From: Octopus sinensis
Lineage: Eukaryota
Reading direction: 5' to 3'
DNA: 64,000 bases
Assembly: GCF_006345805.1 (NCBI RefSeq)
Contig: NC_043022.1
Coordinates: forward strand, 23,622,001-23,686,000
How positions within the stretch are numbered: the first letter of the stretch is position 1; each line of letters opens with the position of its first letter. Made by a program: the position numbers and the translations under genes. Shown piece by piece: positions 26,111-40,029 of this stretch. The notes beneath the pieces are model-generated. The model did not search any database, was not told the DNA's origin, and saw only the letters and a program-made list of their open reading frames with translations.

Positions 26111-27830
26111 AGACAGATAGATAGATATAAAGATATAGTGGAATACCCAAATATGACTGGTTCTTTATAGGAACAAATTGAATACCAAACAGTTTTTCTG
26201 AAGAAAATTAAACTCACATAACAGGCTGGAATTTGATAAACAAACAATAAGTAGACTATACACTCATTTAAGTGAGTAGGAGTCCATTTGCTTGGCATGT
26301 TGATATTTGAATAACAAACCATGAGTAAACTACACAACAATGTATATAAATGGTATACTAAATGAACAAATTGTATTGTGAAATTTTTCTGAAGAAAATT
26401 ATATTCAGCCAATGAGCTGAAATTTGAACTACAAACAAGTAGACTACCCAAATTTTTAAGTGGCTACAAGAATATGTACAAATGGTTCATTAAAATCCAT
26501 TTATGGATTTCATCAGTAATATAATATGTGACAATTATTCAGTTGCCATAAAAAAACCCTGAGTTTCGGATGTCAGGGCAGAAATCTGCTCCGGCATCTC
26601 ATCAGTTATTAACACAAACAAAAATGCTATGATAATGACCGTTAAACAAAGGGAAATTACAATGTAAATGACCGTTATTAATACAAAGGAAAGAGCTATT
26701 AGAATGACCGTTAAATATAGGAAAAAAAAACGAAGGGGAGAAAGTAAGATACACTCATAGGATTCGCGTATGTGCGCATGTACATACATACACATGCATG
26801 CACACCCACATACATGTGCCTATATGCTTATGCTCATTCACACTCGTGTGAAACATACATGCACACCCACACACATGCCTATATGTGCACATATATATGC
26901 AACCATACACATGTACACATATATATATCTGCACACATGCACATACACACACGTACACATAACCATATGTGCACAATTATATTCATATACACATATTAAT
27001 TGTAATTATGTAATGAACACTGTTTAATGAACAAGATTCCAGAATGGGCTATTTACATGTATAGAGACCCAACTGTAAAAATATTATATTCTTTTCTCTT
27101 TATATATTATAAACCAGACACATGAAGGTGTGTGGCTTAGTGATTATGGTATTTGGCTAATGATCAGAAGATCTTGAGTTTGATTCCTAGTGATGTGCTG
27201 TGTTCTTGAGCAAGGCACTTTATCTCACTGTATTTCCTCCAGTCCACTCAGTTAGTAAAAATGAGTTGTACCTGTAATTCAAAGAGCCAGCCTCGACATA
27301 TTCTGTGTCATGTTGAATCTCTATGAGAACTACATTAATTGTACACATGTCTGTGGAGTACTCAACCACTTGAATATTAATTTCATGAGCAGACTGTTCT
27401 GTTGATTGCATCATCCTCACAACCAAAGGAGTGCCAGTTAGTGATAAAATTAACAGTTATATTAGGAAAACTATAATATGCAATAATTCCATTTTTTCTT
27501 TTTTTGGAACAGGGGATCTTGAAGCACACATAAAGCTATAAATAAAGGTATATAACTATTGGGTTGCTTTGGTCCAATGGTAGAACGTCTGTCATATCCA
27601 CAGGAGATATGGGCTTGAGTCTCACTGACAACCTTTGACATTTTCTATCCAAAAGGTTTTTCCAACCAATATTTACATGCTGTTATTTATAGCTTTATTT
27701 GTGCTTCAGGATTCACTGTTTGAAAAACAAAACAAAACTAAAAACCAGAATTATTTCATGTTTTCTTGAAAATTTATAAATTCTTATCACATCTATAGTC
27801 TGTAATATTTTTTATATGTGTGTGTATATA

Positions 27831-28048
27831 TATAATCAAAATAAGCAGAAAGAATATCCAAGGTAGTGTAGTACAATCGTTTCATGCTACTTCATTTTAT
27901 TAAACACTGTAAGAATTACATCAGTTTTAAAATGTCGAGCAATCTTCAGCCACATATAGAATTTTTTGATTAAATGGACAATGTACATTTTTATACTTAT
28001 TTCATTAGCCAACATTACAAAGAGTGTAATGTTATTTATATCTATCTA

Positions 28049-28083
<35 letters not shown>

Positions 28084-28379
28084 CATATATCTACCCTCTT
28101 TGTAATGTTGGCAAATGAAATAAGTATAAAAATGTACATTGTCCATTTAATCAAAAAATTCTATATGGCTGAAGATTGCTCGACATTTTAAAACTGATGT
28201 AATTCTTACAGTGTTTAATAAAATGAAGTAGCATGAAACGATTGTACTACACTACCTTGGATATCCTCGTTGCTTATTTTGATTATAATCACCCCATTTG
28301 ATTTATATGGATAATACCATACCAAATTCTGGTGCCTTTAACTTAAGTACCATATTCATCTGAATCTAAATTTTGGTGC

Positions 28380-28385
<6 letters not shown>
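27831..28385. repeat. Long inverted repeat (arms 27831-28024 and 28096-28287, 71-bp TA-rich loop) plus ~100-bp family tail
   Basis: Manual alignment of the arms: about 5 substitutions and one 2-nt indel over ~194 bp. Confidence 0.92.
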
Positions 28386-28418
<33 letters not shown>

Positions 28419-29609
28419 GACAGAGAAACTTTTATTTAACAAAAGGAAAATCTAGATACCATGACAAATTTGCTTTGTAACTCAACAACATGCAAATAAC
28501 TTATATTATCATTTTTGATAATAAATAAATTACTTACATGTCTGCATTATTGCAAAATGCAAAAAATTCATTCAAAATGCAGAACATGAGCTACATCTTC
28601 AGGTAAAAGAAAGTCTTTTGTGTGCATGTGTATGTGTGTTTGTATACACACACACGCACAGAAACAAATTATGCTAAAGAGAAAGGTTGTTGGGATATTT
28701 GTCTGACGTGTGCAATCAATACTGATATGAAACAGTCATCTAAAGTTACACATAGGACCCGAGTGCAGCAAATGAGAATTACATCAACATGAGCTTATGC
28801 TCAAAGGAAAGATAATGTATGGAAAAAATAGAAAAGTAATGATAAAAGTATTACAAAAAAATACAGATAAAAAAAAAGGAAGAAAAATAGAAGATATAAA
28901 TATGCCAAATAACCGATAAGATTTAGTATAGAAAGTATCTAGTTCTATTATAAGTATATGTATATATATATAAAAACAGAAATGGGTTGAGGTTCACTTC
29001 AGCTGTTTCAGACTCATTTTTTTCTTCTTTTTATTGATGAACAAATCAATTTCATCATTAAAAATTTTTTTTCTTTTGGGTGAATAAAAATTTAAATCCA
29101 AAATTTAACATTTAAGATTTGGCTCATAACAAATATATTTTTGACTCCCTTATCTCGGTGATGATCAGAGAGTAAATTTATAAATCAATCTTAGACTTTA
29201 TATAGGAGAATAAGTTATAAACTTATCAACAAACTAGGCTATCCAAAGTCATTAATGAGTGACCAGGCAAATAAGATAATGACATGAAAAACACATGCAC
29301 TGGCTCTGTTTTCCAGACAAATAGCATCAAACCAGGAATGTATGTATGTTTATGTGTGTGTGTATATGTGTGTGTGTGTGTATCTGAATGTATGTGTGTA
29401 TGATATCATCATCATCATTTAATGTCTATCTTCCATGTTGACATGGGTTGGATTTTTCAATAGGAATTGATGAGCTGGAGGCTGTACCAAGATCCACTGT
29501 CTGCACTTCAAAATTTTATCCCTCTTAGTGGTTTGGAATTTAACTGTCCTCTCTAGCGTGCAAGGAGTCCTATGATGGATACCTCATGTGTTTAAATGTA
29601 CACTGTATT

Positions 29610-29646
<37 letters not shown>

Positions 29647-29986
29647 CTTTTACCTCTTGTTATGTGTGTATATGAGTTCTCAGATCTGATTGTCTTGGAC
29701 AGTTTTTTTTACTTTAACTTCAAGTAGACATAAGTTTCATCTGTCAAATTTAGTTAATGGATACTGAGTAGTAGCCTCTAAAATAGACATTCCTTTTACT
29801 GAAATCACTAGCCTTGTTGCACTCTGTGTCATTTTGATTCTATTTAAGGATGGCATTAATATTACAATTCTGTATAGCGATAGGTGTTAGGAAGGGCATC
29901 CAGTTGTAGAAACCATGCCATACCAGTAAGGAAGCAGATATTAAATGATGATGATGATAGGTACAGACATGTATACACATACATAT

Positions 29987-30051
<65 letters not shown>

Positions 30052-30718
30052 GTATGTATGTGTATGAGTGACAAGGAATGGAAATCTCATCACCAAATTG
30101 TTCAGGCAGTGATGTGTTCAAGAATATCAAAACACACAAATACACACATACGCACACACACACATTTGCTCTGTTTGTCATGCAGTGGGACTAAACCTCA
30201 TACTACAACTTGCAAAGTGACATGTATACATACATATAAGAGTGTGTGTGTGCATGCATATGTATGTGTATATATATATGTGCGTGTGTGTACATGTATG
30301 CTTATATATGTATGCATATAGATATTGTCTCTGTATGTGCATATATATATATATATATATGCATGCATACACACACACACACACACACATGCTTGGATAC
30401 CTACATATGTATGTGTGTGTGTGTAATAACTAAAAGACAGTAGCACTGAACACAAGTATTTTGAGTCGAGTATATACTATCAAGTTAATTTGGTTCCACA
30501 AGTAATGTTGATGCAGATAGACATATGTTGGAAGACGTAGACAAATATCTGTTCAGTGGCTATGAAACTTAAACTTTGAGCAATGTGGAGCTGAGGCAAC
30601 TTGTTATCATTCACACACACACACGCACATATGTACCCATTTTTTTTTGTTGTCAAGCCAAAACAGTGTAAGTTATAAGAAAGATGTCAATGCTTTGTAC
30701 TTTTATCTTGCATTTCAG

Positions 30719-30793
30719 TGTCTCAAGTTTAGGACAGCCTGTTTAGGAAATCTTTGGAGATTTGGTCTTGTATGCTGGCTTTTCTGTTCTGTG
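30719..30793 (+). other. Candidate upstream (5' UTR or coding) exon of the smoothelin-like gene
   Basis: Strong acceptor ctttgtacttttatcttgcatttcAG and strong donor GTG|GTGAGT flank 75 nt of non-repeat sequence; open only in frame 0 (CLKFRTACLGNLWRFGLVCWLFCSV). No homology recognised. Confidence 0.35.
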
Positions 30794-32129
30794 GTGAGTG
30801 TGTGTGTGTGTAGATGGTTGTTTAACATACACAGAATAGCATTGTTCTAATAGCGAATCATTAGTGTGCAGTCTGTTGTTACTACATGACCTGGTCTTGC
30901 AAATGGTGATGGATTCCTTTTCTGTGGTTTTGCAGAGATAAGATGTATGTGTGTGTGTGGATGCACGCGTGCGTGCATACACACAAACGTTCATATATAT
31001 TGTCAAGTCTGCAGGAGATGTAATTCAAGTCTCATGGGTAGCCTTCAACTATGTCTATCCAAAATGGTTTTCCATTCCAATACTGTTATTTATAGCTTTA
31101 TGTGATGTGCCTCAATTAGACAATATTCCAAAAAAGATACCTCTATGTATATGTACTTTTATACATACATGCATACCTACATACATACAAGTATGTATTT
31201 ACATGTATGTATAAATTATATGTATTTTGTATATCTATTAATTGTTTTTGTCATTGAACAGTGGCCATACTGGGTGCAGCCTTGAAGAATTTTAGTCAAA
31301 CAAAATAACCCCATTACTTATTATTTTTAAGTCTGCTTCTTATCCTATTGTATATAAGTGTCACTGTCATACAAGCAGTGTCATTTGTTTCCAACTGTCT
31401 GAGAGAACATGTATGGCAATAGCGAAATATTACTTGGCTTGAAAACAGGTTAGGATTGGTAACAGGAAGGGCGTCTGGCTGTAGAAAATCTTCCTCAAAT
31501 AAAATGTCTGCCCCATGCAAGCATAGAGAAATGGATGATGATGTTGATGAACATACATGTACATATATCTATATAGCTTTGATTACAGGGGATCCATATA
31601 GGATTTAGGCTTATCAAAGTAAAGCATGCCACAATTATTGACTAGACAGATTGATGCCAATCAGATAGTTAAGTAATCCATTATTATAGCATGGAATGCA
31701 TCAACAAAAAGATGTTCACTGTTGTTTGGTAATACACAACTCCAAAAATTTTCAAAAGTATCCAAAAATGAAAGAAACCTTAAATGTAGCATAGGAGCAT
31801 AATAAAAACAGATGAATAAGCTATCTGATATTGCTACAATTATTTCGTTAAAAGTCTCTATTGTAATATAAACATAGTACAGCCAGGGATGCTGTATGCA
31901 CAACATCCATAAGGTTATTTGTATGCTACACAACTCCCAACTCATCAGGTTAACCAAACATGTCACTGCTCACTTGTTTATTTGGTTAGCCTGATGAGTT
32001 GAGAATTGTGTAATATATTACATAATCTTATGGACGTTGTGCATGCTGCATTCCTGACTGTACTATGCTTACATAAAAAAAAATGAAACGATTGTAGCAT
32101 TACCAGATAATCCATTTGTCTGTTTTTAT

Positions 32130-32160
<31 letters not shown>

Positions 32161-33972
32161 ATGTGTGTGTACATAAACACACATGTATACAAGTATCTGA
32201 GACAGCGAGCCCATCCTCTGGTTGTTAACAATAACAATCATACACCATCATCTTACAAGAATATATTCCAGTCAATATAATACCTGGAAATTTGTTTTGT
32301 AGTCAGAGCTAAATTTAGTGATTCTTGCTCAGTTTTGGCAGTAGCAATGTTACTATGGAGATGGTTACACGATCTTTTTGTATGTTTATGCCAAAAACTC
32401 CTTCTTCCTGATACACAGCACATACCACCTCTTCACTTCTACCTGTATCTTACATACTATCTGTATCTACATACTCTAAGCAATTTCTCTGACCCCTCTC
32501 AATGTTTGCTTTTTGCATTCCACACTCTTCTATTGCTCATGTTTTACTTATTTTCACAGTTTTATTTTTCTCTCCTCCCTATCATTTTTGTTGCTCTTAT
32601 TTAGCCTCAGGTCAGTTCTCATCCAATGGGTTTATGACCAAAGATGTTCTAGCTGTGACCATCATGTCTTATTTATGTAGACATAGTTAGGATTACATTA
32701 CATATAATGTGTGCAACCTGACTGTTGCTATGTAATACCAGGTCAATCCTGATCAAATAGGTACATGATCAAAGACATTCCTGACTTGACAATCCCATTT
32801 TCATTTGCATGCAATTTATCTAAGACTACATTATCTAATGTGTCCTTCTTCATTAAGATAGTTTAGTGTGATTTAGCTTCTGTCCCTAGTTGGAGGAAAA
32901 ACCATGTAGAAGCTTCCTGGTTGCTTGTTCATTCAGTAGGAGGGTAGTCCTTCCATCTGGCACAGTGCATGTAAAAGTGGGGTGGAGGTGGGCTAGAGGG
33001 GGAAGGTGTAGGAACATTGCCAGACTTCTGTGGTTTGGTGTTTCAGAAATAGACAAGTGATGATGCTGCTTACCGATTTCTTGCATGACATCATTGACAC
33101 CTCTTCAATATTTCTGTATGTGTCTGTGTTTGTGGGCATGTATGCATATGTGTGTGTGTGTGTGCGCGCACGCACGTGTTTGTGTGTGTGTGTAGATGTG
33201 CATGTATAGGCTTGTGGAAAGTATATATGTAGATGTGTGTTATGTGAGAGCATATATATATATATATATATATGTATGTATATGTATGTATGTATATGTA
33301 TGTTTATGTATGTTTATAAATATATATATATATATGTGTGTGTGTGTCGGTGTATATTTATATATACACATGGGAGATAGATATATATGTATATATATCT
33401 GTATGTCTATGCCTGTCTTTTGTTTTTATACTTAATTTATGTTTGTTTTCCCAGTAATTTTCCTGTTTTATAAATCAGACAATCTCTCTGTTTCTATTTT
33501 TCTTTCCTTTTCCCACGTTTTCTTGTTTGCATCACCATTTCACTTAGTTCTTCCTTCCTGTCTTTTGCTTTGTTGTTCTAGTTGTTGCTGTTTTTTGTTG
33601 TTCTAGTCGATGAAATTAATATAATTATTGTTTTGTTTTCTCTTTTTCTCTTTCCTTTACCTTTCTCTATATTTCTTCTTCAACTCATCCACTTCATATT
33701 TTCTCTCCACCTACTGTCTTCTTCCATGATTGACTGAGTGGGTATGCAATGCTGCTTCTGTGCAGAATCATATAATTCAGGTGTGCGAGTGTATGAAACA
33801 AAAGTCATATCTGCAAAACCTAACCAAATGACAAAGCATAAGCACTATATGGAAATGACACTTTAATCATCCACCATCCTTCAGACATTTGAAAAAAAGT
33901 ACATCTTCGTCAAACTTTATGTGACACTTGAAAAAAACACAATACTGATTTCAATATTAAATACAAAATTAA

Positions 33973-34200
33973 GGTGGTGAGCTGGCAGAATTATTAGCAT
34001 GCCAGGCAAAATGCTTAGCAGCATTTCATCTATCTACATATATGCTTTGTGTTCAACTTTCACTGAGGTTGACTTTGCCTTTCATCCTTTCAGGATTGAT
34101 AAAATAAGTACCACTTGAGCACTGGAGTTGATGTAATTGATTTACCTATTTCTCTGAGATTGCTGACTTGTACCAAAATTTGAAATCAATATTAAATGTA
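33973..34200 (+). mobile_element. SINE family A
   Basis: ggtggtgagctggcagaattattagc...gttgactttgcctttcatcc...ccaaaatttgaaatcaatatt. Confidence 0.8.
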
Positions 34201-34869
34201 AAATTTGAGAGCAAAATAGACACTATGTAAACAGTGTCAACAAAAATATGAAGTTTATATGGAAAAAAAACCCTTATATTTAGAAATATGAAAAAAAATA
34301 AAATTAGACCTGAACTTTTCACAATGTGTCACCACTTTGATGAATCCATGTGCAAATTCTGGAAATTCACACTGCAGCCAACAAAAACTGATAAACATTA
34401 AACCAACTGGTGCACCCTAAATTCTCATTATTCATGTTATATAGTCAAACTTACATTTTTAAATTCTAGAAATTAAAAATATCAACAGACTACACTTTGA
34501 ACACCTACAATTTACAGGCTAACTTTGTTGACAAATTCTACTTTTATCCTTTGATCTATCCCATCATATTTATTTTAATTAACAGCCCAATATTCCTTAG
34601 TATACCTGGTTATAATGAATTTTTCTGTTATCTCTGAAGTTTTCCTGTTAAGTAGCTTGTATTTTATACCAATATCCACTAAAATATTCCCTAATGCAAA
34701 CAATACAACTGATGTATGGCTATACTAAGTTGTGCCTCTTACATTAGCTTATGCACAATAAGATATAGACCATATTAGTCCAGGTTGACATGTATCAAGA
34801 GCTGATGTTGATTCCATACCTATATATATGTGTGTATGTTATGTGTAATTATATATATATATATATATG

Positions 34870-34906
<37 letters not shown>

Positions 34907-34921
34907 TATATATATATATTA

Positions 34922-34967
<46 letters not shown>

Positions 34968-34968
<1 letters not shown>

Positions 34969-35267
34969 GAGGCACAATGGCCCGGTGGTTAGGGCAGCGG
35001 ACTCGCGGTCGTAGGATCGCGGTTTCGATTCCCAGACCGGGTGTCGTGAGTGTTTATTGAGCGAAAACACCTAAAGCTCTACGAGGCTCCAGCAGAGGGT
35101 GGTGGCGAACCCTGCTGTACTCTTTCGCCACAACTTTCTCTCACTCTTTCTTCTGTTGGCCTGCTCGCTTAGCCAGCGGGGTGGCGTCATTTGAAGGCTA
35201 AAACAATGCGAAGCGCATTGTGACCAGCGATGTGTAGCAACATCTGATAGCCTGGTCGGTCACGGTG

Positions 35268-35270
<3 letters not shown>
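34968..35270 (+). mobile_element. SINE family D, young copy with intact Pol III A and B boxes
   Basis: A box tggcccggtgg, B box ggtttcgattccc; CpG-rich; tail ends ggtcacggtgata. Confidence 0.9.
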
Positions 35271-35300
<30 letters not shown>

Positions 35301-35534
35301 TGTATGTATGTATGTATGTATGTATGTATGTATGTATGTATGTATGTATGTATGTATGTATGTATGTATGTATGTATGTATGTATGTATGTATGTATGTA
35401 TGTATGTATGTATGTATGTATGTATGTATGTATGTATGTATGTATGTATGTATGTATGTATGTATGTATGTACGTACGTACGTACGTACGTACGTACGTA
35501 CGCATGCATGCATGCATGCATGCATGCATACATA
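35271..35534. repeat. Compound microsatellite (TATG)50(TACG)8(CATG)6(CATA)2
   Basis: Counted directly from the sequence. Confidence 0.95.
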
Positions 35535-36290
35535 CAGGGGTCGGTAAATAAACTGTCGTTTAAATTAAGCAAAAATGAAAATAACACTGACATCTCATTT
35601 TATCAGATCTATTTACCAAAATTGCATAAAAATAACTTGAAATACTAAAGAGTAAATTTATTCAATAAAATCGTCGTTGGCTTCAACCACAGCCTCCAGA
35701 TGACTTTGGAATCTCTTTGTTTAAGTGTGTGAATGCTGCCATAACCCTTGCCTTCAGTTCATCTTTGGTGTTACAAGGAATTTTGTTGGTTTCTCACTCA
35801 ACTGTGCTCCAAACATAATAATCAAGAGGGTTGCAGTCTGGGCCAGATGTTAGGGGTGATGTCATCACAGAAATTGTCTGACAGCTATGACTGGGTTCTC
35901 CAGCTTGTGTGGCATACTGCAGAGTCCTGTTGCCACTGTCTTGACCCAGGGCAGCACTACCTTCTCCAGGCACTTCATGTAGGCCTCTATATTGAGACTG
36001 AGGCCATGTGAGAAGATGAATGGAGACATAACGTCGCCATCACCATGATGTTGACTGGATGTTTGATTTATATCACTCTTGAAACATGTCCTCAGATTAA
36101 CACCCAAACCCTCTGGAATGTGCATATTGGACCATCTGGCATGAATGCCAAGCAGTACAACATGTCAAATCCAGATTTTTGGCAGAGTGAATTGTGCTAT
36201 GGTGCTGTTTTTCTCACAGTGCCCAACTGGCCCTACAATACTGTGCAGTTGATAAAATCAAACACAAACAATGTGTATGCACAAAGTTAA
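35533..36290 (-). mobile_element. Tc1/mariner-superfamily transposon remnant (transposase pseudogene, one TIR)
   Basis: TA-caggggtcggtaaataaactg end; minus ORF 35865-36125 contains GDVMSPFIFSHGLSLNIEAYMKCLEKVVLPWVKTVA, typical of the catalytic region of these transposases. Confidence 0.85.
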
Positions 36291-37164
36291 AGATATAAAA
36301 TGGTGACAATTTACCCATCGCACCCAGTACATATACATATAATATATATATATATATGTGTATACACACACACAGAATATATATGCGTGTATGTTAAATA
36401 TATATATGTATAAATATATATATTATATATGTGCATATTATTATTATTCCAAGGGGTCAAAATTTTATCCATAATCATTAGTCTAAAAAAATAAAGTCTA
36501 TTTCGGTCACAAGACATGGGTGAAACAATATATTTTGTTGCCTAAAAGTTATGGATTTTACACACACACACACACACATATATGTATATATATACATATA
36601 TATATATATACGTAAGCATATATATATATATATTATGTAATATATATATATGTATACATTTCAGTAGTAATCCATTCTTGGAGTAATTCAACCAAAGAAG
36701 AAAAAAAAAACTAGAGAAAAAGAGAGGAAGAAAAACAAAACAACATTTCTCTTCACTTCTTCTATTGCATTATTCTTCATCAGCTCTGGGCTAAGCTGTC
36801 ATCTCTGCAACACCCGGAAATATAGTTGCATAGTTTTACAGGTGGGTGGTAAGTGGTAGGGTTAGGTGGAGGGGAAGTTAGGAATGAGAAATGGTTTGTC
36901 TTGAATACTTTCCATATATTTCTATAGAACATTAGAAAAATGCTTCACCTAATAAAGTTAGCTTTCTGTCTTTACTAACCATTCTTAGCCTACCTGGTGG
37001 GATGAACGTTCTTGTACTTTGTTTTAGTTTCCATATAATTTTTGCAGTTTTCTTGACAATTAGAAATATAAAAAAGTATAAAAGTTTTATATATATATAT
37101 ATATGTATCTCTCTCTCTATATATATATATACACACACACACAACACACACACACACACATAGT

Positions 37165-37767
37165 CACAGGTACATGCCGGGTGAAATGCATAGCCGTATT
37201 TCGCCTGTCGTTATGTTCTGAGTTCAAATTCCGCCGAGGTTGACTTTGCCTTTCATCCTTTTGGGGTCGATAAATTAAGTACCAGTTACGCACTGGGGTC
37301 GATGTAATCGACTTAATACCTATGTCTGTCTTTGTTTGTCCCCTCTGTGTTTACCTCTTGTGGGTAATAAAGAAATAGGTATGGCAGTGTGGTAAGAAGT
37401 TTGCTTCCCAACCACATAGTTTCAGGTTCAATTCCATTGTGTGCTCCCTTAAGCAAGTACTTCCTATTATAGCCCTAGACTGACCGAAGCCTTTTGAGTA
37501 CAACTGATAGACGGAAACTGAAAGAAGCCCACCATGTGTGTATGTGTGTGGTTGTCTTTGTATTTGCTTCCCACCACTTCTTGACGACTGGTGTTGGTTT
37601 CTTTATGTCTCCAAACTCAGCAGTTTGGCAAGGGAGACTGATAGAATAGTACAACTAACAGCTTTGAAAAAAAAGTAAGTACTGGGTCAATTTATTTGAC
37701 TAAAACATTCAAGGTAGTGCTCCAGTATGACTGCAGTCCAAGCACTGAAACAAGTCAAAGATAAAAA
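37165..37767 (+). mobile_element. SINE family A (37165-37380) directly followed by SINE family B (37381-37767)
   Basis: gagttcaaattccgccgagg...gtaataaagaaataggt, then ggcagtgtggtaagaagtttgcttccc...gaaacaagtcaaag. Confidence 0.85.
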
Positions 37768-37953
37768 AATATATGTATCAGAATATCAACAACAAAATCG
37801 ACACAAATGATATAATTTCATGTCAGTTCTAAAATAGAATTCTTTTACTGAAATAGAAAACATTTGTTAAATAAATATAAATATGTGTTTTGTTGGAGAT
37901 GTCTAGAAAATTGTTTACTAACAAAAAGAAAAAAGAAAATAGAATACATGTGT

Positions 37954-37985
<32 letters not shown>

Positions 37986-38046
37986 AATGCATGCATTTTA
38001 TATACATTTACATATTCTTATATAAGTATATGTGTATGTGTGTGTG

Positions 38047-38088
<42 letters not shown>

Positions 38089-38540
38089 ATAATATATATA
38101 TATATATATATATACTATATTATATATATATATAATATATATATATATATATTGAATTATTACGAAAATAAACTTACAAATTGTAAAGAATTTCTGTTTT
38201 GGAAGAAGCAGAATAAGCAGAGGTGGAGAAGATAATTTTGGAGGGGACGGAGTGTTTTTTTTTTCTTTTGAAACAAAAAATAAGAAAGTAATATATGTTT
38301 TAAATAGAGAAAAGGTGGAAAGAAAAGATTATTTCAAGTATGCTAAAGTCTGTTGGTTATGATGACTAATAAGAAGTTGTTGTGTGATCAAGATTACCAT
38401 AGGCACAGAGAGAGAGAGAGAGGAAAAGAGCAAGAGATACAGAGAAAGAGATCCAAAGAAACAGTGATACGTGGAGACAGAGACACATGTGCATACCACA
38501 CATGCACACATACATATTTATGTGTGTGCATGTGTGTGAG

Positions 38541-38637
<97 letters not shown>

Positions 38638-38642
38638 TATAT

Positions 38643-38800
38643 AGGTGCAGGCATGGTTGTGTGGTAAGAAGTTTGCTTCTCAGCCACATGGTTCCAGGTT
38701 CAGTCCCACTGCATGTCTTGAGCAAGTGTCTTCTACTGTAGCCTCACGCTGACCAAAACCTTGTGAGTGGATGTGATAGCTAGAAACTGAAAGAAGCCTG
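38643..38800 (+). mobile_element. SINE family B, 5' half
   Basis: ggtgcaggcatggttgtgtggtaag...aactgaaagaagcctgtc. Confidence 0.85.
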
Positions 38801-38899
38801 TCATATATATATAATATATGTGGAGAGAGAGGGAGAGCCCTGTTGCTTTTCAGAATGGGAAACAAACAAATGCTTCTTTTATCTTAACAGATATATATA

Positions 38900-40029
38900 A
38901 TCCAGATAATATTTCATCTAATTATTGATAACAATCCCATCAATTTGGCAAATTGTTGACTCCTTGTGCATAACATTCTTCAGGCTTCAAGGCAAGGAAA
39001 CACTCAATGTCATTTTTACCCTCTTCACAGTTAATAAATTGATATGGCAATTAATTTTACTAGTTAATAAAGTGTTTTCTCTCTAAATAATGTTGCAATG
39101 ACTTGAAACAATAGGCAAGGTCAGGAGACTAAAGAGGATTAGTTGCTATAATCTTTCCTTGAGTGACTTGGACAAGATGTGATCTTGCATTATTATGTAA
39201 GAGCAATACTCCTTTATGACTGGCCAATAACGGGTGCTTCTCTTGCAAATTAATGTACAAAACTTCCAATTGACAACAATGTTTCAACTCATTGTTTTAC
39301 TTTGGTTTAACATTTCATGATATATGACACTTTTCATATCCCACCAAAAACAGAGCATAATGTTTTCTAATTGTAGTCTTCATTTGAGGATGAATTGTCC
39401 TTTTTCATTGGGTGCTCGCTATTTTTGTTTTCATTGGATATGATTATAGAGAACTCACTTTTCATCACTTGTGGTGATTCTACACTAGAAATGTTCATTA
39501 GCAAATCTACTCTTCAATGAAGAGCAGAGGGCAACTCTTTGGTTATGCTTTGAAGCAGTCAGATGGTAGGGGACCTATTGAACAATCTTAGACCCTTTCC
39601 TTGGTTCATAAAGGTATTTTATGATCAAAGTGTGACTGAAACTATTTTGTTACTTTTCATTCAGTTTGCTTTAGATTCTCCTCAACTACAGTTTTCAGAA
39701 GCTTGATATTGACAGAACTTGGTTGTTTACATCAAGGGGAATCTGAGAAAAATTTTCCAAGTGAAACTGACCAAACCATCCTTGGCATGTCTTGACATAT
39801 AAAACTTCAATTCTATAAACAGAACAAGTATTTCTCACTGCTTTCAATGCTGAAGAACACTTAAAACTTTTGAATTCATACAGCATGCAGTGTGTGATAG
39901 AGGTCTGGTCTAAACTCATTTTAAAAGGATAAAATCAGTATTAATTTAACCACTGTGGTATAAAGTAATTTACAAAGAAAGAAAAAATCCTTTGACTGTA
40001 AAGATTAATGCTTATTTTACCACGTAGTA
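38900..40029 (-). mobile_element. mariner transposon remnant (decayed transposase)
   Basis: Minus ORF 39695-39919 HCMLYEFK...AVRNTCSVY..EVLYVKTCQGWFGQFHLENFS matches the mariner N-terminal HTH pattern; TIR-like cttattttaccacgtag-TA at the right end; left boundary approximate. Confidence 0.8.

Noticed and set aside
26600-26720. CRISPR-like repeat-spacer pattern
   Set aside because: The repeat is only 11 bp with three copies, the spacers resemble each other, the context is eukaryotic, and there are no cas genes.
34968-35040. tRNA gene
   Set aside because: A and B boxes are present, but it continues into a SINE body found in several copies, and no complete cloverleaf or terminator is evident.
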